Origin: Peribolospora baueri
Taxonomy: Eukaryota
Reading direction: 5' to 3'
Assembly (NCBI GenBank): GCA_029717555.1
Contig: JAMDHS010000057.1
Span: forward strand, 1 to 64,000
DNA length: 64,000 nt
In this document: piece after piece, positions 48,316-60,104 of the stretch
How the letters are laid out: each line of letters begins with the position of its first letter
Position numbering within the stretch: position 1 is the first letter of the stretch
Position numbers and translations under genes: made by a program
The notes under the pieces: model-generated
Told to the model about the DNA's origin: nothing
The model's database searches: none
The model's input: only the letters and a program-made list of their open reading frames with translations

Positions 48316-49982
48316 ATGCCGGGAGCTCGAAAGTTCGTCCAAGAACCGTTCTCTGATGACTCTGACGTCGATTCAGATGGAAAGGGCTCCTCCGTCTTGG
48401 ATCCAGAGTTGGACGGTGGACGATCGGACTCCGGGGACTCAGAGATCGGAGACGGGGCTTCAGAGGCGACATCGAGTTCCAATGAAGGGGAAGGAGTGGC
48501 TCAATATATCGGAGAGGACGATCTCAGCGACGGAGGGTCAGGAGAGGCGGAGAACTACGACGAGGACGAAGAGGCAGAGTTGAAGCGGATGCAGAAGGGT
48601 GAGTGAATAGAGCGTGACCTCCTTCAGACGCATCATTCTCTCTTCAACGCAACTTCCTTCTCGCTAATTTCAGTATTGCATCCTTTGTAGACCTCTCCTC
48701 TCTTCCATTTTCTTCCTTAGCCAAGGCACAGTCCTCCCTCTCCAAAGGCAAGGGCAAGGGAAGAGTCCTCGATTCAGACGGCTCGGACGACTCTGAGGAG
48801 GAGTATACGGATGTAAGCGATCTCCAAGACGAGGAGGAAGACGAGTTCGAAGCCGACCGACAGGCCAAATTGGCAGAAGTAAAAGCTCGTCTGGCCGAGA
48901 TCCGAGACGCCAAAGGCGGCGGGAATCGCACCCGACGGGGTTCGGAACCCGAAGGAAGAGCGGAGGACGGAATTCACAAAGAGGTCCAAGAGAAGGGAGA
49001 GAAGGGCGATGGACGCGAGAAGAAGAGACGAGCGAGCAAGAACGCGTGGGTCCATCCTTCACGCTACACAGGCTTCTGGTGGTTTTAATCTCTTTTCCTA
49101 CTGATGTCACTGACTCTTTCCTCTACACCTCTCTACTCCTCCCTTTCATGACCAACCGATAGCCCTATCCAACTGCCGGCCAAGAAGCCCGTCAGTCGAA
49201 AACGAAAGATCGTCGATATTCCAGCCTCTACGGTCCGGGATCCTCGGTTTTCGTCTCTCTCCGGCAAGTTTTCTGAAGAACAGTTCCACAAGCGCTACGC
49301 CTCCGTACTTCCTGAAATGCTTCGATCGGAGCTGGACAGTCTGAAGAAGACGCATGCCAGGCTCAAGCATCTCGAGAAGAATGGGATGAGGGGTGCGAAG
49401 GAGGAGAGAGAAAAGGTGGAGGCTGCTCTGAGGAGGGCGGAGAGCAAAGAGAATGCCCGGAAGTCGAAGCAGATAGAAGAGGAGGTCAAGGAAAAGTTGA
49501 AGGCGGAGGAGTTGAAGAAGAGGAAGGAAGGCAAGAAGGCCTTTTGGCTCAAGAAATGTGAGTGCGCTCGCATCGCTCAGGTAGAGGGATATCATCTCAA
49601 TGCGGGCACGTCTGCTCGTCCTCCACTATTGAGCGGTGTTCGCTGACCTCTTTCATCTTACTAAAAAACAGCCGACATCCGCCAAGCCGTTCTACGGGAC
49701 AAGTTCGACCGTCTTTCAGGCGCCGCTGCCTCTACCTCTGCGTCTACCGACACCGGCGAGCAGCAACAACCGAAAGGCGACCCGAAAGCGCTGCGGAAGG
49801 CGATCGAGCGACGAAGGAAGAAGAATTCGCAAAAGGAGAGAAGGGGAATGCCTACCGTTCCCGGCGACGGGGGAACTGGCGGTGGCGGGCCGAGGCCAAA
49901 GCGCTTTTCTGGACAAGACGGGGCAAGTGGCCTCAAAGCGGGTGCCGGTGGTGGGAAGAGGAAGCGTGGCAGGAGGGGATGA
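48316..49982 (+). CDS. RRP36: rRNA biogenesis protein Rrp36
   Basis: Acidic N-terminus; KRRASKNA|PIQLPAKKPVSRKRKIV, VRDPRFSSLSGKF, KEGKKAFWLKK, KAIERRRKKNSQKE. Confidence 0.88.
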
Positions 49983-50429
49983 TGGCCTCGGAAATCCAAA
50001 CGGGACATTAAGCAGCCCCAGCGAGTTTGTCCGTGACACGAACACGAATGGAGTCGGCAAGCACGAACGGCGAGGCCGGACATACTGGGCCCGACGGGTC
50101 TCGCTCTTGCCGAGTGGGTATTCTAGAAAAACGACCAAGGAGCCTCTCCTACCATGCCGAATCCACCGTGTCTTCAAAGCTGTCCGACCATAAAGCTCGA
50201 GTCCTTGCAGCGCCTCACCTTATCCTCCACTTCCCCTACACCCGCCGATCAAAACCAAGCATCCCACGTCACAACGCCGGCGCCCCACCTCTCTGCAGCG
50301 CTATAGTCGACCTCGGAATGCGAAGGCAATGACAGATTCGGGCTATGGTATGAGGGCGCCTGGTAGCGTGGCTCTGATTCGAGGCAGCGGGTGCAGGGGG
50401 AGAGGTTGCTATGGTCGTGGACGAAGTGA

Positions 50430-52590
50430 ATGAAGGAGATAAACATCGAAGAGTCAAAGTATGCGTCATCAGTTCGACGTGCCGCTTCCATGACGACGAA
50501 GAAAGGAGACGAAAAAGCCGGGAGCAAAGAGGTGGGTAGGCCGACCGTCCGCTCACCTCTTAGCTTTCCAGGCATGATCCCAGATCGATTGCCTTTCGAA
50601 AGGTCCTTCTAGGAGGCTGTTGGGAAGATGGGAGGAGACAGACGTCGACGACGCTTGCCTTACACCCGTTCGCTCGTTTCCTCCATTCTCATCTTGACTC
50701 CAGCCGGCGTCCGGCGCTTCCCGACCTTTCTTCTCGCCTTCGGTCAAAGAAAATCCGGACTCCTTTGTCCTTCTCCCTTCCGACTCGGATAGTGAGTTGC
50801 CTGAAGATCTCCAGAAATATTGGGAGAGAAAGTTGAAGCTGAAAGGACCGCTTTCTCCGGGAGAGAAGGGCGACGAAGCGCAACGGCGGCTACTTTTGAA
50901 TGAGAATGAGGAGGTCATGTCGAGCGAATCGTCAGAAGGTGAGGAAGGCGAAAAGGCTGGAGGGCTCTTCCGCTAAAATGCCTCGGTGCACTGAAAATGA
51001 GTGGAAGACGGGTAGCGTGGACCCGAGGCGAGTAGCAGCTGGGCGGGAAGGAGGACTTTGGGTGAAGATGCCGATGTGAGTCCGTCGCCAGGAGTCGCAA
51101 ACCGAAAGCCTCTGCGCTCGCAGGAAGTGTATGGGGTGCTGTGAAGGACGAGCAGGTAGAAAACATGCGATTCACCAGCAAGGGCAACGAGGGAGGACTT
51201 GTTCGAGGTGCGTCCTTATCTGCTCAGCAACGCACGGTACGCTATGAAGAGACGAGCGCTGGTATAAGAAGCGCAGTGACATGAATGGGCGGCCGCCGCG
51301 GACTTTGACGAGCATGTCAATCAGCATGTCCGTCGCACCATCGATCTTAGCGGTGGTCGTCATTAGAGGTCGGGCAAGAATTGCTACCGGTCGTGTGCGA
51401 TGACGGAATGGACATGGTCTGATGATGCCACGAGTTCTCCGCGCTCCTAACGTACGCAAAAATGTGTTCCTCAGCTGCCCTCCTCCTAGCCATGGTGCGA
51501 ACGCTACAAGGACCACAAAGGCAGCCTCACGCCCCTTCGAGAAAGCATGTCGCGACAAACAGAGGGAAATGAGGCGCTCGACGCCCACATGCGCGATTGC
51601 AAAGAGTGGTATACGCAAGTCGACGAGCTCTTGCGCAAGCGCCTTCCACCGACACTTGCACGATAGTATAATCCTGTGAGCCACCGCTTTCCACGTCTTC
51701 TCCATTCGACCTCGCGAGGTTGCCATCGCGCACTTATGCTTATGCTCGCTGCTATACTGTACTCAGGACGTCATGACCAGCTTTGAGTCATCCCTCGGAC
51801 ATGAGGTCAGCTATGAAGTGGCAACCCTATTGGAAACAGAGCTGGAAGGACGCGCCGAGGCTATGACGGAGCACATTTCTCCCCGCTGGCGCTGCCGCGC
51901 CGTCCTCGCCCAACGGATACAGCAAGTCATTGTCGCATCTGGGAAGGATTGCGCAGACTTTTACACGACCGCTTTCCAGCTTGGGAAACTGTTCGATCTC
52001 GAGATGCACAGGCGTCACGATACAGAGCTTTCCTGTAGGTACTGGGCAGCTCGCGTTCAGCGAGTCAAGGACGGCAAAAAGCATGCTAGATCAGTGGCCA
52101 CGACGAATTGCCAAAGAGCGCTCTTGGGTGCCTGCTCGCGGGTCACCAATTTCATGCTAGCTCCATCCGGCATACCACAGCTTGAAACCCACTTCAACAA
52201 GCTCACAGTCCGCGATCTCCTCAGTGACTTCACGGCACCCGGGACCAAGCTCAATGACGAATGGATGGTAGCGTTCAACTCCACACCCACAAAGGCTCGG
52301 CGGTGGTAGGCGAACTACTACCATCATGCTTCCCCTCGTCTGTCTCCAACGCCAATGTGCTCCTCGCAGCTCTCTTCCGAGCGGAGCATGTGGCACAATG
52401 GAAAGCGATGGATAGCAAACTTGACGAACTTCTCCAGAACGCAGAGAACCGGTTGGGAAGATGGGATGACGCTGCCCTGGAGGCCGAAAAGGACAACGCT
52501 GCCATGGAGGCTGAAGAGGACAACGCTGCCCAAGAGACCGAAGAAGGCCCCCGCCTCAGGCTTTCGTACTGGGCTGGGTGGGGGGTGGAA
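50430..52590 (+). pseudogene. Degenerate unassigned coding region (includes 178-aa ORF 51773-52309)
   Basis: Protein-like stretches (50701-50973, ~51492-51662, 51773-52309, ~52369-52560) interrupted by stops, with splice-like signals; no family recognised. Confidence 0.35.
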
Positions 52591-53320
52591 TGTTCCACGG
52601 TAAGCATTGTAGATATTCCACTCCACGCTTCCCCCGGCAGCGCAATATTCCATGGCAGTGCAATATTCCACTCCCCACTTCCCCCGGCAGTGCAATATTC
52701 CACTTCCCGCCTCCCGCGGTAGTGCAATATTCCACTTCTCGCCACCGCAATATTCCACGCTCCCCCCGGCAGCGCAATATTCCACACTCCCCGCTCCAGT
52801 GCAACATTCCACGCTCGCAGAAGGAAAGGAGGACACGGTAGAGTCTTCGAATGCGAGCGGACGAAGGCCCGGTCCGGTCAGTACTGTTCCACCACTCTTC
52901 GTAAAACGGTCTCCTCCGGAAAAGGGGCCTCACGAGGTTCGGAGGACGATTTCACGGCGAAAAAATAATCGGAAAATCTAGAAAATCAATTAAGAAAACT
53001 ATCATCTCGTCGACGGCCTGACGAATTAGGACCGAGGCGAGCGTGAGGCGTCCTTTGGCGTTAAGGAAATTGGCCCACGTCTTTTCACCCTCCCTCTTGT
53101 CGAGGAAGACGTTCTCGGTCCAGAAGTATTTCCGGTCGCGGACCTGCGCCATCCATTCGTCACCGTGCTTGGCGGTTAGGTCGAAGATGCCGTCCCAAGC
53201 AGCATCAATAGCCTCAGCGTTGGACCTGAACTCAAACGCCCGCAAGAAGTAGGACAGCCCTCTCAGCCGATATAAAACCGATACAAAACGGTACTCGTGG
53301 GTGGCGCTCCACATAAGCAT
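52556..53320 (-). pseudogene. Degenerate unassigned ORF (two same-frame ORFs separated by one TGA at 52954-52952)
   Basis: HEYRFVSVLYRLRGLSYFLRAFEF...WDGIFDL...KYFWTENVFLD...; globular-looking composition; frame continues after stop into the repeat array. Confidence 0.35.
52587..52811. repeat. Irregular array of GCAATATTCCA core with variable C-rich spacers
   Basis: Exact cores at 52642, 52660, 52692, 52724, 52747, 52774; variants at about 52588, 52611, 52801. Confidence 0.9.
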
Positions 53321-54331
53321 GTGTCACACCCCTGCCTGGAAGGCCGGCATTCTGGTGTTACAGGTGTGCTACACTTGGACATTAGAGCCGTACACACAGT
53401 AGAAAGCCGCCGCTGTCTCTCCCAATGCTCAACAAGCAGCATCGTCAACCCAGTCACTGAGGACGCGTAGGTGCGCCAGCCAAGGCTTGCAGGGCGCAGT
53501 CTTTCCGTCTCGACAACGGAGCGATTCTGGACGGCTTGTTCTCTCATATGACGGGGCCCAAGTCAATCAGGCCAAAGCTGCCAACTGCAACGACGACCAA
53601 CCCAACTCTGCTTCCCCAGGTCTGGCATTTGGCCTTAACAAGTACGACCCGGACGGTCCAGCTCCCAGCACCATCGAGAGCAGCGTCGCGTGCCATTATT
53701 CTGTTGTCGGACTCCCAGCTACCCAAGACCGGGCCGGGTGGTGGTTTATCGCAAGCAGGGCGACCCTCAGGTCAATGTCTGTCTCTCGTGCCACAATCCC
53801 GACGAGTCAATCACAGGCGACTCCGTATAATCGGCCCTACGTGAGGGCGGAGCTCAAGTCGGCAGCCTCCCGAGTGGACGACGCGCGAGGAGGGCGCGCC
53901 GGACAAAAACGGTCAGCAGGCCAACGAGACCGACTTGCCTACTTAGAGCCAGGCAGGTCCTTCGGGTACGATGGGAGGTCGTTTCGCCGAGCTCGTTGAG
54001 TGTGGCCCTCACGCGAGTCGACGAAAGGCCCGGGTCGGGCCGTAATCGGCGCCGGAGGCCGGACGATGATTGATAAGATGCACACGTTCCAACGTGCGTC
54101 GCTGTCTCTAGATATTCCTACATGGGGCAGACGAGGTGAAGGGATGCAGGAAGGGATGCAGAAGGAAAGGTTGGAGAAAGGCTTCTTGGCCGTGATTACG
54201 GTCGGTTCGATCGGCCTATGGCGGACGTAAGAACGTCGGGATTCGCGAGGCCGGGGAGGCGAGAACGGTGGAGGTGTTTTCGTGAGCAACGCCGAGGAAA
54301 CGACTGGAGAGAGCGGCAAGCGAGGAGCAGC

Positions 54332-54635
54332 TCAGTGGTGGTCCTCGTCGTGACCGTGGCCGTGGCCGTGGCCTTCCCATGGGTGACGCCAGCCCTGGTA
54401 CGTTAGTCGCGAGAGAAGAAGTCAATTAGACACAAGCAATCGGCCTATTACTCGCAAACTCTTCCTCGTCTCCAAGGTTATCCAAACGCCATCCAGACGC
54501 ACTCACCAGAAGCACAGGCCCGTCCTGCCTAGCTCGGTAAAAGATGAAGAACCACATCGTGGCCCCGAGAAGCTTGGCGCCCCAGCGGTGTCCGAGCGAG
54601 GGCGGGTGCGGGTGGAATCCTGCGCTGCCGGCCAT
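54332..54635 (-). CDS. NDUFB2: Complex I accessory subunit NDUFB2 (AGGG/NIGM), intron 54506-54395
   Basis: MAGSAGFHPHPPSLGHRWGAKLLGATMWFFIFYRARQDGPVLL|GWRHPWEGHGHGHGHDEDHH*. Confidence 0.9.
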
Positions 54636-55111
54636 GGATGAATTCAATCCGGAGGGTGAGGTTGGAGAGGAGCGGGGGCTTTGTGAGCCTGCTTGTGAGC
54701 GAGACCGTCGAGGACAGACGAGGAAGGTAAAGATTGGATGGGCAGAGATCTCTCTCTGAGCGACGCGAGAGACCGCCAGTCGGGATTCCACCTGGACGGT
54801 CCGACGACGATCCGACCCGCGGCCGTGGGAGAAGGCCGCAGCACAGCACGTGATCTCCTGATCCCCCGACCACCTTCGTGAACATGCCAATTCGCGGCCG
54901 ACTCTTTGAGTCCACCGAAGGGACGACGAATGGCACTCCAAGGTGGACGAAAGTTTGAGGACATCGTCAGGGAGGAGGAGGTGCGTTGCTCAAAGCTTTC
55001 TGGCCTTCAGGGAAGCGAAGGGCAGACTCGGCTTGTAGATCTCGGCGGGACCATGTAACTTACATTCGTCTCTGAAATCTCCCTTACCCCATTCTCGTCT
55101 GATGGACGACG

Positions 55112-55690
55112 ATGACGAACGGACGGTCCGGTCGTGTTCAGGTCATCCAAGGGGCGGCGATGCCGTTGGCAGAGGTGCCAACTTGCATGAAGCTCTTTGA
55201 CGCTCTGTTGTCCTGCTATGGTGGGGATCAGCCCGTTGTCGAACGGGCTGCAGGGCGTGCATGCTGGATGCCCAGCCGTCAGCTGACCTTCCCCCTCGCC
55301 CTCCTCCTCCTCCTTTCAGCCCTGATCCCCCAAACTACGTCGATCTATCGCTACGGTACCTTCCGCGACTGTTCTTCCAAAATGGATGACTTTAAGTACT
55401 GCCTCTCTCTCAAGGCCGAGTCCGATGAGGAGCGAAAACGACTCTGGATACGCAGGCGTGCTGAGCAGATGGCCAGGAAGAGGCTGGAGGGTAGCTCGGA
55501 GGACGTGTGGGAGATGCGGAGGTGAGTCGCCCAGTGGGTGAGGTCGGGGCGATGGCAGCGCAGTCGGCCTGGAGCCTGCCTTCCTTGGCGTCATGGCTGC
55601 CACTGGACCCTGACGATGGTCTCCTTGGTCCCCTTGGCGTCGTCGCACCTTTCCAGAGATCCACTCATCTCCCAACCGCCTGGAAGCTAG
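55112..55690 (+). CDS. EMI1: Emi1-like twin CX9C mitochondrial protein (start uncertain)
   Basis: CMKLFDALLSC, SIYRYGTFRDCSSKMDDFKYC, SSEDVWEMR|RDPL. Confidence 0.82.
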
Positions 55691-55913
55691 ACCAAGATGT
55701 GGAAGCCGCACGCATATTAAACGTCCAGACCTCATGATCGTGCGGCTAACGTGCAATGGAAAGAGTCCAGAGCGGTTGGCTGGCTAGAAGTACATGATGC
55801 ACGGAGCAAACGACGATCCCCTTTGGAAACCGAGGAAGTGAAAGGGAAAGAAAGAAAGAAAAAAAAACAAACAAACAAACTAAAAAAAACTAAAAAACTG
55901 CGCGACGCCATCC

Positions 55914-58900
55914 TCAGGACGTCCTAGTCCGCTTCGACGTCGTACCTCTTCTCGCTCCCCATCCACCCCGCCTCGAGACGCGTGCACGTCCACCAGCTCC
56001 TCTGGCTTCTCCCTCGCCGGACGGGCAGGCGTTGGCCCAATGTCCCAGCTGGCCACACTTGAAGCACGCTCCCTCCGTTCCCGTGCCGCCGCCGCTGCCC
56101 CGCGACGCTGAGGGTGCGCTCGAGCCCGCGTACGGAGCTGATCCCGTCTCGTCTGTCCTCGCCGCTTTTCTCTTCGTCGGCGCGATTTTTCTCTTCCTCC
56201 CGTCCACATCTCCCGCTCTCCCTCTTCTTCCTCGACCGCCAGCTGTGCTTCCCCTTCCCCTTCTCCGCCCTCCGCCGCCGCCGCCGCCGCCGTCTGGGCC
56301 GTCGTCGTAGTTATCAGGTTCCGAGTCTTCGCCGCCAGCTGGGTCGTCTGTGCCTCCGTCCTCGCCCGGTTGGGGGTTCATAAGCCGGCCCACGCCGCGC
56401 AAGTATCGCTGGACGGTCTGTGCGAGTCATGTCGAAAGATGCGCCATTGAGTAGCCGATGGCGTCCAGTGCCCCCCTCCCCCCCCATTAGATGTACGGCA
56501 GCCGTCTCGGTCCACTCACTTCTACGAGCGTCCGGAACTCCCGCCTCGACCTGATGAACACTTCGCGATACTCCGTCAGGCTCTCCTCCACGACCTCTTC
56601 CTTGGTCCGATGACCATCGCAGATGAGCTTCATGCGGTATTCAGTCTGACAGCAAGAGACGGGAGCGGAAGAGAAGGAGTCGGGTCCGATTACGGGCCTG
56701 TTCCAACCGGTTTCGACCCCAGACAGGAACCCGATCTTGGCTCACCTCCCTTCGCAATTGGGGTTTGCTCAGACTCTTCTCGAAGCCCATGGCGTTGAAG
56801 CCCTCGACGAGGGCGACGCCGAGCGTGCTTGGTACGAGGTACTTGGTTTGCCCCTCCTGCTTGATCATGACGTACTCGCGCTCGATGACTTTGGCAATGT
56901 GCTCCGCGATCGTCGCGTCCGTTCCGATTCCGTTCTTATCCATCAACGACACCAGGTCGGCTTCCGTGAGCAGGCTCGGTCGCGATGTCTTGCCTTCTCG
57001 TAGCTCGCACACGGTTGGCACAAAAGTTTCTCCTTGTCGGAAAGACGGAAGGAAGTTGGTACCCCACTTGTCATACGGGTACACATCCAGGTAATTGCGA
57101 TCCAGGATGATCAAGCCTGTCCGGTAGCATGGAGAGCGCTCGACGAGCAACAAAAGAAAGGTCAGCGCGTTCACTTCAACGCCGGACCTCGGTGGTCGGC
57201 TGAACGCACCACTCGCGGTGAACTCCTCGTCAGCAATGACGACATCCACCGTCGTCTGTCTTCCCACAGCGTCCTTGGAGCAAGAGGCCAAAAAGCGCCT
57301 GGTGATGAATTCGTACACTCGTTTGTCGTCACCACCTAATTGCGCGTTGTGGGCAGTAGGATGGATTGGTGGATGCGCCTTGTCGTTCTTCCGCCCGTTT
57401 CGCGGCCGCTCGAACTCGCTGCTCTTGAGACTAATCGCCCGGGGAAGGAGATGATGAATAGCGGAGTTGGAATGTGAGTATCCTCCCGCCCACGGGAAGA
57501 ACAAAAAAAGGGGAGGAAACGAAAGGTGGCCTCACCTCTGTGCGAAAGCACCCCAAGCAGGATCAACAGTCTGCTTTTCGATTAACCGCATGAAATCGAA
57601 ATCCTTGTCGTATTGATCCGTCTCCGTCCTCGGGTAACTCAGGAAACCTTTCTGGTACAGACTTTCAGCGATCTACGTGGGTGGAAAGAAAACACGGGCG
57701 ACTGTCATCACCCAGGGCAAGCGAAAAAAGGGCACGGCGACGGGGCAGCGAGCGAATGCTCACGTCCAAAACGCGCTTTGGGGAGAGCCTCAATAGTCGC
57801 GATCCAGCCTTTTGGAGCTCGACGGTGGTCAGGGGAAGCGGCTTCCTAAGAATAGGGGAAAGGGGACCGTCAGCAAGGTCAAGTCGGCGGCCATCGCGGG
57901 AGCATGACAGACAGGAGCGAGGCCCACGCACGATTTCTTCGTCTGCTTATCAGTCACTCTCGTCACCGTCGCGGTTCCGTGCCGGACGCACTGCTCGAAG
58001 AGAACGAGGGCAGCGAGCCAGTCGAACAGGTGTCCTCTCTTCCATCTAAAGTCGACACGGTACGCGCCGCCCTCGTCGAGACCGTCTTTCGAGCCGAGGG
58101 ACTCGTCGATGCGATCCAAGGAGACGTGGATGTACCAGAAAGTTTCCGGTACGAAGGATTGCACGCGCTCGTATTGGTCGACGACGAAACCGAGCGTAGG
58201 GAATTGACACGGCCCTGAGAATGGCCGTCGACGAGGTCTCTCAAGTCAGTCCAAGCCCGTCGGTCTGGCAGCGTGCGGGCAGCTTGGGAACTTGCTCACC
58301 GTAGCTGACGATGTTATTTCCCAGCTCGTCGGCGAACCTGTCCTGGAGGGCCATCGTCAACATTCGAGTGAAGGCCGATCCTATCCGAAGATCGAGGGCT
58401 CTGCGAGCGTCTACTGCTTTTACTTGTCGCCAGTCTAGCTCTGTGGGGCTCTGCGCGGCTCTATGGATCTGACTGAGGAAGGGAGACAGGAAACAGGTTG
58501 GATTCGATGGCCGGTCCCCAGAGGAAGAAAAGTTTTCCGACCGACGACCAGGACGGATGAGGATCGAGGAAGGGACTCACTCGGCAATGATGGCACTGAA
58601 CCTGGCACGTTCTACGACAATATTTCTGTTCACCCCCTTGCACACGCCGACGACCTCGCCGCCGATGGCCTCGCCTTCTCTGTCGCAGTCGGTCCATATC
58701 ATGAGCCTATTGGCGTGACGCGCTTCGGTTTTGAGGTTGGATGAGATGGTTTGATTGTTCTTATTGTAGAGGGGAGCAAGCGGACAGAAGAATACGTGAG
58801 GGTTTGCACGGCGCGGATTGGGCGGGGGAGAGACAACTTACCGAAGCGACTTTTTCGACGATGGGCACATCGAACAAGACGAACGGATCCACGCTTCTCC

Positions 58901-59311
58901 ACCTTCTGTACTCTTCGGGAAATTCAGTGTCCGTGAGGTGGCCGGTGACGGAGGTGACGGTGAAATCGACGTGGCCGGGATGGCCGGGCAGTCTGTAGGG
59001 GAAATCATAATTCCTGATGTACTTGTTCTGAGTTTGGCGCTGCGTTTAAAGATCGACGAGCGAATGCGGTCAGGGTAAGGGTAAGGGCGCGTGACGAGAG
59101 AGGGGTGCTTGTCGAGCTAGTAGCTCACGCTGCGAAACTGTCCTGAGGACAAAATCTGAGTGATGGACTTTGCAATCGAAGCTGCACGACGGGCGGGCAG
59201 GTTCAGCCATCGAGGGCGAGTAGAAACGTAAAATGTAAAAAAGCAGCGGGCGGCGGGGCGGACAAGCGCATGATTTTGCTCACGTTTCTCAGCCACGCAC
59301 AACACCCTCAT
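55914..59311 (-). CDS. TOP3: DNA topoisomerase III (type IA) with C-terminal CCHC zinc knuckle
   Basis: MRVLCVAEK, FTVTSVTGHL, IWTDCDREGE, PLPLTTVELQK, GFLSYPRTET (catalytic Tyr), NDKAHPPIHPT, NGIGTDAT, CFKCGQLGHWANAC. Confidence 0.96.
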
Positions 59312-60104
59312 GTCGTCTGCGTCGTTCGCTCGATCGCATCGACATGATCAACCCGTCCCAGGCGACGGTCCGGGGCCCGACTTGACTTGGCTTGAGCGTC
59401 GGTCGTCCGGGTCGCCGTCGCAGATGACAGATGGGACCAAAGTGGAGGGAGTGGGGTGGGATGGAAGGGAGGGCGAAGGTATGAATGAAGAAGAGAAAAG
59501 GAAGACAAAGAAATCGGTCGGTCGGCTCGCTCGCTCGGACTTGGGGGTGGAAGTGAAAAGTGAGAAGTGAGAGGCCGGGACGGTCGGTCATTTACGCGGT
59601 CGATCATTTTGCGCATTGTGCGTGCGCGGACGCGACCGCAACGCAACGCGTGAAGGAGCGCCCTTGCGGCCAGGCAAGTCTGCTCGCCTCGGCGACGTCT
59701 ATTAAAACCCACCGCCCATCTTTCATCTAAATTTGATCCTAAGAAAACCCCCAAGTCGTATGTAGGCCTTTCTTCATCGCAATGGAAAAAGCAAAAATCC
59801 TTTTTCAGGATCTGAGCATGCCGGGCGGCCGGCCCCAGTCAGGCTTGCTACAATTTCGATTCAATTCGCTTTCGCACAAAACGCATGAGGCGCCCGCCGA
59901 CTGCGCTTTCACCTCACGAGATCCTAGCTACCTTCAGCCTAGAGAAGGATCCGAGAATAAAACAAAGGAAACGCAAAAGACAAGACAAGAAAAAGGGAAT
60001 ACAGGGGTGACAGTGGGCGCATGACGGAGGAGGCGACGGATGGGTTGCGCTCCAAGGAAAAACGGAGACGAGTCGGGAATCAGCGACGACCTAAGCGGGG
60101 CCAC

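Noticed and set aside
52587..52811. CRISPR array
   Set aside because: Core only 11 bp, spacers short and mutually related, no cas genes, eukaryotic context.
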